DNA of 5,862 nucleotides from a virus (IMGVR_UViG_2671180254_000003), one strand, 5' to 3'. Counted from the stretch's first letter, positions 1 to 5,789 are shown. Notes: generated by a model from the sequence alone, not told the origin. Translations and numbers: made by a program.

Positions 1-117
1 TAGCTCCTTCTGATGCCATTCTATTTCAGGAAGGAGTGTCCGTTAAACTCAGGCTACCTCAGGTTATTCGCTTCTGGGCATGGGCGGATCAACAAATGAT
101 AGACGGTAATGCAGATT

Positions 118-136
118 GTAACGCTCGCGGCGTTAC
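118..136. repeat. Palindrome GTAACGC-tcgcg-GCGTTAC inside the replication gene; candidate initiator-binding site (ori element)
   Basis: Perfect 7-bp inverted half-sites around a 5-nt spacer. The same half-site recurs at 327-345 and 361-367. Confidence 0.3.
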
Positions 137-326
137 AAAAAGTGCAATAGATCGCATCACTTTTATGTCTGGTTTTGCTGATGCGTTAATTCAGGTTGGA
201 TGGCTGGTCGAAAATGACGGAGGGCTTTCTCTACCTAACTTTGAACGTCATAACGGAAAAAGCTCTAAAAAAAACGGGCGGTTACAAACGAGCGAGTAAC
301 AAAAATACGCGAACTGAAACGAAAAG

Positions 327-345
327 GTAACGCTGCCAGCGTTAC
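327..345. repeat. Palindrome GTAACGCTG-c-CAGCGTTAC; candidate ori/iteron element within the replication gene
   Basis: Perfect 9-bp inverted repeat with 1-nt spacer. Followed by another GCGTTAC half-site (361-367), a (GAGGAA)x3 repeat (371-388) and two GATC sites (389-392, 401-404). Preceded by an A-rich stretch (300-325). Confidence 0.35.
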
Positions 346-744
346 ACAAACGGATCAAAAAGCGTTACCAGAGGAAGAGGAAGAGGAAGATCTAAATACT
401 GATCTCCCCCTCGCCAAAAACGAGCGTCTAAAAAATTCGAGCCGGAGGCTATTGAGCTGCCCGATTGGTTGCCGGAAACACTCTGGCATGAGTGGGTCCG
501 GTTCAGACAGGCATTGCGAAAACCGATTCGAACGGAGCAGGGCGCTAACGGGGCGATACGGGAACTGGAAAAATTCCGTCAGCAGGGTTTTACACCTGAG
601 CAGGTGATTCGACACAGCATCGCCAATGAATACCAGGGCCTGTTCGCGCCGAAAGGTGTTCGGCCTGAGACGTTGCTCCGACAGGTTAACACCGTCTCGT
701 TGCCGGACAGTGCGATCCCGCCAGGCTTCAGGGGGTAACGGACC

Positions 745-1491
745 ATGAAAAATATTGCGACAGGCGGCGTTCTGGAACGCATCCGCCGACTGACCCCGCC
801 ACATGTAACCGCCCCATTCAGAACGGTAGCGGAGTGGCGCGAGTGGCAACTTGCTGAAGGCCAGAAACGTAGCGAGGAGATCAACCGCCTGAATCGCCAG
901 TTGCGGGTGGAAAAAATTCTGAATCGCTCAGGCATCCAGCCGTTGCACCGTAAATGCTCGTTTGCGAATTACCAGGTGCAGAACGACGGCCAGCGATACG
1001 CGTTAAGCCAGGCGAAATCCATCGCCGATGAACTGATGACCGGGTGTACAAATTTTGCGTTCAGCGGAAAACCTGGTACCGGGAAGAATCACTTAGCGGC
1101 AGCTATCGGGAATCGCCTGCTGAAAGACGGTCAGACAGTGATTGTGGTTACCGTGGCTGATGTTATGAGCGCCCTGCACGCCAGCTATGACGACGGGCAG
1201 TCAGGCGAAAAATTTTTGCGGGAGCTGTGCGAAGTGGATCTGCTGGTTCTTGATGAAATTGGCATTCAGCGCGAGACGAAAAACGAGCAGGTGGTGCTGC
1301 ACCAGATTGTTGATCGCCGGACAGCGTCGATGCGCAGCGTGGGGATGCTGACAAACCTGAACTATGAGGTGATGAAAACATTGCTCGGCGAGCGGGTGAT
1401 GGATCGCATGGTCATGAACGGCGGGCGCTGGGTGAATTTTAACTGGGAGAGCTGGCGTCCGAATGTTAGCCATTCGAGGGTTGTTAAGTAG
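745..1491 (+). CDS. DnaC-like replicative helicase loader (prophage YdaV-like AAA+ ATPase)
   Basis: 248-aa ORF with Walker A motif GKPGTGKNH, Walker B-like LLVLDEIG and DnaC-like overall architecture. ATG 745 lies 6 nt after the upstream stop with a G-rich RBS (AGGGGG 730-735). Confidence 0.9.
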   Translation: MKNIATGGVLERIRRLTPPHVTAPFRTVAEWREWQLAEGQKRSEEINRLNRQLRVEKILNRSGIQPLHRKCSFANYQVQNDGQRYALSQAKSIADELMTGCTNFAFSGKPGTGKNHLAAAIGNRLLKDGQTVIVVTVADVMSALHASYDDGQSGEKFLRELCEVDLLVLDEIGIQRETKNEQVVLHQIVDRRTASMRSVGMLTNLNYEVMKTLLGERVMDRMVMNGGRWVNFNWESWRPNVSHSRVVK

Positions 1492-1505
1492 TTTCAGGAG
1501 GATTT

Positions 1506-1928
1506 ATGGCGAAACCTTTTACTCCCGAACAGCGGGAAGAACTGAAGACGCGAATTGTGGAACTCGTGCATCAGGACGGTCGGGTCACGATTCGGCAGTT
1601 GTCAGATGAAACAGGTATCAGTCGTGCGTCTGTCGGTCGCTTATGCATAGAACTGGTCGCAAGTGGTGATGTATATAATTCTGGCTACGGCTTATTCCCG
1701 TCTGAACAGGCTCGCAAGGACTGGCAAAGCGCCCGCAAAAAACTCTCGAGAGTAAAGGTGAGGAAACCGGTTGTTGTTGATCCGGACCTTATCTGGTCAT
1801 TACCTGACGGAGAAATACGCCGCTACGACAGGCGCCTGAATATAATCTGTCGCGAGTGCCGGAAGAGCGAAGCTATGCAGCGTGTACTGGCTTTCTATCA
1901 GGGTAATTTTCAGGAGGCGATACTGTGA
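1506..1928 (+). CDS. Winged-helix/HTH DNA-binding protein (prophage, DUF977-like; family uncertain)
   Basis: 140-aa ORF with strong SD CAGGAGG (1495-1501) 4 nt before ATG 1506. HTH-like segment VTIRQLSDETGISRASVGRLCIELVASGDV. Stop TGA 1926-1928. Confidence 0.75.
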   Translation: MAKPFTPEQREELKTRIVELVHQDGRVTIRQLSDETGISRASVGRLCIELVASGDVYNSGYGLFPSEQARKDWQSARKKLSRVKVRKPVVVDPDLIWSLPDGEIRRYDRRLNIICRECRKSEAMQRVLAFYQGNFQEAIL

Positions 1929-1985
1929 ATGAAATTAGCTATCAGGCTTCAATTACCGCTGGCATTCGCATCAAAGGAGAGGAGC

Positions 1986-2342
1986 ATGGAAATAAAACCA
2001 GAAGATGAGTTAAGCAATATCGTTTTATTTCCGGTAAAAGAGGATGACCCTCGTAATCAGGTTAATTTTCTTTATGAGCCATCGGAAAGACCATATTGCC
2101 ATCACGCCTCTGTACGGGTTGACGAAAAAGAGCGTCAGGTCCGCTGTAAAATCTGCGGTGCGGTTGTGGAGCCGTTTGACTGGATGCTCTCTGTGGCAAA
2201 AAGAGAAACCAGACTGGCAGATGATGTAAGGCTATTGCGCCAGGAGGAACAGGAAAGGCGGAGAAATATAGAAAAGCTGATACAGATTGAGCGTAACGCG
2301 AAAGCGCGGATACGCAGGGCGACAAAATCCAGAACTGAATAA
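1986..2342 (+). CDS. Zinc-ribbon protein with basic coiled-coil-like C-terminus (hypothetical phage protein)
   Basis: ATG 1986 preceded by AGGAG (1975-1979, 6-nt spacing). Contains CHH...x13...CKIC putative Zn-binding motif. An alternative in-frame ATG at 1929 (137-aa version) abuts the upstream TGA and has SD AGGAGG at 1912-1917 with a long 11-nt spacer. Confidence 0.6.
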   Translation: MEIKPEDELSNIVLFPVKEDDPRNQVNFLYEPSERPYCHHASVRVDEKERQVRCKICGAVVEPFDWMLSVAKRETRLADDVRLLRQEEQERRRNIEKLIQIERNAKARIRRATKSRTE

Positions 2343-2489
2343 TTAAATTTAGCACTGTTAAAAATTTAATCCTTAACCGGAGGGATTTCTGCACCCTCAA
2401 ATCATCAGGAGACCACCCGAAAGGGCGGGGAGCAGTCACACATCTGTTTCCGATAGCCCCGTTCTAATGCTACACTCTTTGATATTTTT

Positions 2490-3176
2490 ATGACCCCAAT
2501 AAACATATTTATGACAGTTGCTGATTTCAAACGGCCCAAATTGGAGCTCCCAAACGGGGCAAACAAACTACTACTGCACTCTTGCTGTGCTCCATGTTCC
2601 GGTGAGGTGATGGAGGCGCTTCAGGCCTCGGGAATCGACTACACCATCTTTTTCTACAACCCGAACATTCATCCTCAGAAAGAGTATTTAATTCGTAAGG
2701 ATGAGAATATTCGCTTTGCTGAACAACACGGCGTGCCGTTTATTGATGCTGATTACGACACAGACAACTGGTTTGAACGAGCCAAAGGAATGGAATGGGA
2801 GCCCGAACGAGGGATCCGTTGCACCATGTGTTTTGACATGCGTTTTGAGCGGACAGCGCTGTACGCCGCTGAAAATGGTTTCAGTGTGATCAGCAGTTCA
2901 CTGGGCATTTCACGCTGGAAAAATATGCAGCAGGTTAACGACTGTGGGCGGCGAGCCGTCGCGCATTATCCGGGCATGGTGTACTGGGATTATAACTGGC
3001 GCAAGCAGGGCGGCTCGTCCCGTATGATTGAAATCAGCAAGCGCGAAAAATTCTATCAGCAGGAATATTGTGGCTGTGTGTATTCTCTGCGCGATACCAA
3101 TCTACACCGCAAATCTCAGGGACGCCCTCTTATCAAAATTGGTCAACTCCACTACGGTAAAGAAGAGAAGGAGTGA
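2490..3176 (+). CDS. queH: QueH-like epoxyqueuosine reductase family protein (DUF208, Fe-S enzyme)
   Basis: 228-aa ORF with the DUF208/QueH hallmark motifs as recalled from memory: [45 protein letters not shown]. Start could be ATG 2490 or 2511; neither has a clear SD. Confidence 0.8.
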   Translation: MTPINIFMTVADFKRPKLELPNGANKLLLHSCCAPCSGEVMEALQASGIDYTIFFYNPNIHPQKEYLIRKDENIRFAEQHGVPFIDADYDTDNWFERAKGMEWEPERGIRCTMCFDMRFERTALYAAENGFSVISSSLGISRWKNMQQVNDCGRRAVAHYPGMVYWDYNWRKQGGSSRMIEISKREKFYQQEYCGCVYSLRDTNLHRKSQGRPLIKIGQLHYGKEEKE

Positions 3177-3197
3177 TTTTATGGGGCACCTTTCTGA

Positions 3198-3227
3198 TTG
3201 ATTTCATATTGGCGAGGTAAGTAGAAT
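3198..3227 (+). promoter_or_regulatory. Putative sigma70 promoter for hok-type transcript copy 1 (-35 TTGATT, 18-nt spacer, -10 TAGAAT)
   Basis: TTGATT 3198-3203 and TAGAAT 3222-3227 place a transcription start near 3234, the start of the tac-like sequence CTGCGGGTGCTTGAGG. Confidence 0.35.
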
Positions 3228-3321
3228 GACTGCGGGTGCTTGAGGCTATCTGCTTCAGGCATGAACACCAAAAGGCAGATAGAGAAAAGCCCCAGTTAAC
3301 ATTACGCGTCCGGCAAGACGC
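3211..3321 (+). promoter_or_regulatory. hok-type mRNA 5' leader, copy 1 (tac-like element plus conserved stem-loop); downstream body lost in assembly gap
   Basis: About 90 nt closely similar to 5355..5460 (CTGCGGGTGCTTGAGGCT...AGAGAAAAGCCCCAGTTAACATTACGCGTCC.GCAAGACGC). Contains stem CTATCTGC/GCAGATAG (3246-3253 / 3275-3282). Runs directly into the N run. Confidence 0.6.
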
Positions 3322-3574
3322 NNNNNNNNNNNNNNNNNNNNNNNNNNNNNNNNNNNNNNNNNNNNNNNNNNNNNNNNNNNNNNNNNNNNNNNNNNNNNNN
3401 NNNNNNNNNNNNNNNNNNNNNNNNNNNNNNNNNNNNNNNNNNNNNNNNNNNNNNNNNNNNNNNNNNNNNNNNNNNNNNNNNNNNNNNNNNNNNNNNNNNN
3501 NNNNNNNNNNNNNNNNNNNNNNNNNNNNNNNNNNNNNNNNNNNNNNNNNNNNNNNNNNNNNNNNNNNNNNNNNN
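3322..3574. other. Assembly gap (253 N)
   Basis: Uninterrupted run of N. ORFs 3236..3577 and 3255..3701 in the track are artefacts of translating N. Confidence 0.99.
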
Positions 3575-3694
3575 TAATTTTTGTCTGGATAATCGGAAAA
3601 ATAATTGAGCCAGTTATTGAATTGTATAACGACGTGGTATGGGCGTCATTCAACACACTGCACAATAAAATTAATCCGTATAAGGAAAGCTGAT

Positions 3695-4060
3695 ATGGCA
3701 CTGACGAAAAAACAACGTGCAGAACTGCGCATGAAGTTCGGTGGTCGCTGCGCTTATTGCGGCTGCGAACTTGGCGAAAAGTGGCATGCAGACCATGTAA
3801 AACCGGTCATTCGTTTTGATGGAAATATGCTTCACCAGGAACGTGACGATATATCCAACATGGTACCAGCATGCCACCCATGCAATCTGCACAAGCATTG
3901 CAGTAGCCTGGAAGATTATCGACGAATTATCAGTGATGGTCGTCGTGAATTCCTTGCGTCCGGGAAAGGCAAAGCGCTGGTTCGTATGGGATTGGTTGAA
4001 ATGAAATCTGACCCGGTTGTGTTCTGGTTTGAAAAATATCAAGAAGGGGCTACGGCATGA
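3695..4060 (+). CDS. HNH endonuclease
   Basis: 121-aa ORF from ATG 3695 with SD AAGGA (3682-3686). HNH motifs CAYCGCEL, WHADHVKPV, VPACHPCNLHK. The track's longer version starts at TTG 3605 with no RBS. Confidence 0.85.
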   Translation: MALTKKQRAELRMKFGGRCAYCGCELGEKWHADHVKPVIRFDGNMLHQERDDISNMVPACHPCNLHKHCSSLEDYRRIISDGRREFLASGKGKALVRMGLVEMKSDPVVFWFEKYQEGATA

Positions 4061-4722
4061 CCACTATTACCAAAGAGCGACTGCAATGGCTGGCTAACAT
4101 TTCTGGCCGCGATGATATTGACGATATAGACGGCGGTGAAATTCGTGAACTGGCGCTTATCGCTCTGGCATCACTGGAAGCAGAGCCTGTAGCGGAATGC
4201 ATTGTTGAAGATGGGGGCATGTGTATTGACGGGTTCGGTGAGTATGTGGGTCACTCGCTGCCTGATGGAATGCATGAGCTTTATGCTGCCCCGCGAATGC
4301 GACAACCTGATGGATGGAAAGCCGTAGCTGTAGCGTGGAAGGTGACGTTTACTCAAGTTGACCAGGAATCTAATACGTTCACTGCTATATATTTTGACAA
4401 AGCGGAAGTTGAGTGTTGGGTACGACTGCATAAAGCATGTGATTTTCGGGCAGATATAACACCGCTTTACGCAGCGCCGGCAGTGCCGGTTGCAGTAAAC
4501 GACGACATGGCTTACGCATTCCATCACGCACTGTCAGATTCATCGCTTGGCTCTGATGAAATCGAAGAAATTAAAACCGGTTTGCGTGCTGCCTTTGCCA
4601 ACGTCACTATCCAACCAGAGCCGATAGTGCCGGATGAAATCGGGCCAAACGATAGTAATACGTTTGATTATGTTGATGGCTGGAACGCCTGCCGCGCTGC
4701 CATGCTTAAGGGAGATAAATAA
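4057..4722 (+). CDS. Hypothetical phage protein (221 aa) with two LYAAP motifs
   Basis: ATG 4057 overlaps the HNH stop (ATGA), indicating translational coupling. Acidic N-terminus; LYAAP at codons 75-79 and again about 60 residues later (nt 4279-4293 and 4465-4479), encoded with different codons. Confidence 0.8.
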   Translation: MTTITKERLQWLANISGRDDIDDIDGGEIRELALIALASLEAEPVAECIVEDGGMCIDGFGEYVGHSLPDGMHELYAAPRMRQPDGWKAVAVAWKVTFTQVDQESNTFTAIYFDKAEVECWVRLHKACDFRADITPLYAAPAVPVAVNDDMAYAFHHALSDSSLGSDEIEEIKTGLRAAFANVTIQPEPIVPDEIGPNDSNTFDYVDGWNACRAAMLKGDK

Positions 4723-5087
4723 TGATTAATCGAACCAAACTGGAGCACATTCTCGAATATGCCAGGCAGCAGAAATGTATTGGGCAACTTTGTAAAATTC
4801 CACCAGGAGATATGGTTGAAATCGTGGAAATGGCCATGCGTAAGGCTGGCAACTCTCCGGTAGCTCCGGCTGGCTGGATAAGCTGTAGTGATGCAGTTCC
4901 TGCTGAATATTGCGATGTGATTCTTCTCGATGATCTCGGGAATGTATTCCCCGGTTCCTGGGATAAGGTTTTTTGCCCCACTCGTGGCGGGAATAAGATG
5001 GCTTTTGTGGACAAAGACGGCGTTGAAGTAGAGAGCTCAACTCACTGGATGCCGCTACCGGAACCACCGCAGGAGGTGAATCAATGA
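4722..5087 (+). CDS. DUF551-family prophage protein
   Basis: 121-aa ORF; start overlaps the upstream stop (TAATG) with SD GGGAG upstream. C-terminal WISCSDAVPAEYCDV...STHWMPLPEPP matches the DUF551 pattern. Confidence 0.85.
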   Translation: MINRTKLEHILEYARQQKCIGQLCKIPPGDMVEIVEMAMRKAGNSPVAPAGWISCSDAVPAEYCDVILLDDLGNVFPGSWDKVFCPTRGGNKMAFVDKDGVEVESSTHWMPLPEPPQEVNQ

Positions 5088-5167
5088 CCTGGCCTGAGGC
5101 ATTCACCACGGTAGGAATTGCGATGGCGGTGGCGCTGGTGGTGTATTCGATTTGCCGTTGGGGTTAA
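5084..5167 (+). CDS. Small hydrophobic peptide (27 aa, MTWPEAFTTVGIAMAVALVVYSICRWG), predicted single transmembrane helix
   Basis: Not in the ORF track (too short). ATG 5084 overlaps the DUF551 stop (ATGA) and is preceded by a strong SD AGGAGG (5071-5076, 7-nt spacing). Stop TAA 5165-5167 is followed within about 10 nt by an intrinsic terminator. Confidence 0.55.
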   Translation: MTWPEAFTTVGIAMAVALVVYSICRWG

Positions 5168-5172
5168 CAAAC

Positions 5173-5203
5173 AAAAACCCCGGATTGATGGTCCGGGGTT
5201 TTT
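5173..5203 (+). terminator. Rho-independent terminator (possibly bidirectional)
   Basis: A5 (5173-5177), stem CCCCGGA (5178-5184) / TCCGGGG (5192-5198) with 7-nt loop, then T5 (5199-5203). Confidence 0.8.
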
Positions 5204-5354
5204 GAAGGAAACAAAACAGAAACAGCAATTGCCGTTACCTGTTGTTACCATGGCAAGTAAACGTATCTCAGGCGAGCGCATTGCGCCGTTCTGACGCAGA
5301 TAAACTAGCCTGGATAGATGGTGCTGGCAATAAAAAATAGCGTTTTCTTATCGG

Positions 5355-5484
5355 TGTCGGTAAGATTGCTGCGGGTGCTTGAGGCTGTCTGCCTCGGGTA
5401 TGTCACTGTAAGGCAGACAGAGAAAAGCCCCAGTTAACATTACGCGTCCTGCAAGACGCTTAACATTAATCTGAGGCCCAATCT
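5355..5484 (+). promoter_or_regulatory. hok-type mRNA 5' leader, copy 2 (putative -10 TAAGAT at 5361-5366, tac-like element 5369-5386, stem-loop 5385-5420, mok upstream region)
   Basis: tac-like CTGCGGGTGCTTGAGG is complementary to the 3' fbi-like sequence at 5749-5764. Stem CTGTCTGCC/GGCAGACAG (5385-5393 / 5412-5420). Leads into the mok/hok reading frame. Confidence 0.7.
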
Positions 5485-5697
5485 ATGTCTCACAAATGTA
5501 GGTTAGCCTCTTACGTGCCGAAAGGCAAGGAGAAGCAGGCTATGAAGCAGCAAAAGGCGATGTTAATCGCCCTGATCGTCATCTGTTTAACCGTCATTGT
5601 GACGGCACTGGTAACGAGGAAAGACCTCTGCGAGGTACGAATCCGAATCGGCCAGACGGAGGTCGCTGTTTTCGTAGACTACGAATCTAGAGAGTAA
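5485..5697 (+). CDS. mok: Mok-like regulatory reading frame (70 aa), in frame with and containing hok
   Basis: ATG 5485 opens the only frame open across the hok start. Length matches chromosomal Mok-type frames (recalled from MokC, which is an N-terminally extended HokC). Whether it is translated is inferred. Confidence 0.5.
   Translation: MSHKCRLASYVPKGKEKQAMKQQKAMLIALIVICLTVIVTALVTRKDLCEVRIRIGQTEVAVFVDYESRE
5542..5697 (+). CDS. hok: Hok/Gef-family type I toxin (HokD/RelF-like small membrane protein, 51 aa)
   Basis: MKQQKAMLIALIVICLTVIVTALVTRKDLCEVRIRIGQTEVAVFVDYESRE shows the Hok family signature (TM helix, LTRK.LCE.R...EVA.F..YES). SD AAGGAG sits 8 nt upstream of ATG 5542. Confidence 0.9.
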   Translation: MKQQKAMLIALIVICLTVIVTALVTRKDLCEVRIRIGQTEVAVFVDYESRE

Positions 5698-5704
5698 GAG
5701 TGAC

Positions 5705-5728
5705 CAGGCGGGAGAGTAATCTCCCGCC
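5705..5728 (+). other. Stable hairpin just after the hok stop (GGCGGGAGA-GTAA-TCTCCCGCC)
   Basis: Perfect 9-bp GC-rich stem with GNRA-type tetraloop; no immediate U-run. Probably a 3' UTR structural element of the hok mRNA. Confidence 0.5.
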
Positions 5729-5743
5729 ACCTTTGATGTGTCA

Positions 5744-5765
5744 GGCATCCTCAACGCACCCGCAC
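5744..5765 (+). promoter_or_regulatory. fbi-like (fold-back inhibition) element complementary to the 5' tac-like element
   Basis: CCTCAACGCACCCGCA (5749-5764) pairs with TGCGGGTGC-TTGAGG (5370-5384): 9 bp plus 6 bp around a single bulge. This is the 5'-3' pairing architecture of hok mRNAs. Confidence 0.6.
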
Positions 5766-5770
5766 TTAAC

Positions 5771-5789
5771 CCGTTTCGGCGGTTTTTTT
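5771..5789 (+). terminator. Possible 3' end of hok transcript (short GC stem plus T7 run)
   Basis: CCG-tttc-GGCGG followed by TTTTTTT (5783-5789). Stem is weak; the IS1 end abuts immediately. Confidence 0.3.

Larger units (their letters stand above)
1..738 (+). pseudogene. Phage replication initiator/organizer, YdaU-like (DUF1376-like N-terminal part plus DnaT-like C-terminal part); 5'-partial at window edge and interrupted by two frameshifts
   Basis: The frame of ORF 36..299 is open from nt 3 (gene continues upstream) and stops at TAA 297-299. Protein-like translation continues in a second frame from 275 (RAVTNERVTKIRELKRKGNAASVTQTDQKALPEEEEEEDLNTDLP) and in a third frame from 403 to TAA 736-738 (KRASKKFEPEAIELPDWLPETLWHEWVRFRQALRKP...). 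The third segment has no ATG of its own (track start 469 is TTG). Frame changes coincide with homopolymers A8 (267-274) and C5/A5/A6 (406-435). Lies directly upstream of the DnaC-like gene as in Rac-type ydaU-ydaV modules. Could instead be sequencing error in a draft assembly. Confidence 0.6.

Noticed and set aside
355-935. Minus-strand ORFs 355..849 and 579..935
   Set aside because: They lie antisense to the replication initiator and DnaC-like genes, have low-complexity Arg/Ser-rich translations and no RBS; typical shadow ORFs.
1163-1473. Minus-strand ORFs 1163..1381 and 1201..1473
   Set aside because: Fully inside the well-supported DnaC-like CDS on the opposite strand; no independent signals.
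2044-2439. ORFs 2044..2229 (+, alternative frame) and 2062..2439 (-)
   Set aside because: Overlap the zinc-ribbon CDS, which has a good RBS; their translations are not protein-like.
2342-2489. AT-only inverted repeat ATTAAATTT...AAATTTAAT (2342-2370) and small GC stems (2384-2430) as a terminator or operator
   Set aside because: No U-run follows the stems and the AT stem is thermodynamically weak; could be regulatory but I cannot support a specific call.
2701-2889. Internal alternative-frame ORF within the QueH-like gene
   Set aside because: Embedded in a CDS whose frame carries the conserved DUF208 motifs.
3605-3694. N-terminal extension of the HNH ORF from TTG 3605
   Set aside because: TTG start without RBS, whereas ATG 3695 has a well-spaced Shine-Dalgarno; the extension is likely untranslated leader.
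3236-3701. ORFs 3236..3577 (+) and 3255..3701 (-) reading through the N run
   Set aside because: Mostly translated N (X residues). The non-N part of 3236..3577 is the structured hok leader, not coding sequence.
3671-4527. Minus-strand ORFs 3671..4042 and 4171..4527, and + alternative-frame ORF 3816..4004
   Set aside because: Antisense or out of frame relative to the translationally coupled HNH and 221-aa genes; no start signals.
4706-5281. Minus-strand ORFs 4706..5014, 4726..5109 and 5081..5281
   Set aside because: Antisense to the DUF551 and small peptide genes, and 5081..5281 runs through the intrinsic terminator hairpin; implausible as genes.
5249-5293. 14-codon micro-ORF MASKRISGERIAPF in the hok upstream region
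   Set aside because: No RBS or conservation evidence; more likely promoter/UTR sequence.
3211-5461. Possibility that the two ~90-bp direct repeats are a CRISPR array or attL/attR pair
   Set aside because: Only two copies about 2.1 kb apart, with internal divergence and a recognisable hok-leader structure. Not a repeat-spacer array, and no integrase or tRNA nearby to support att sites.
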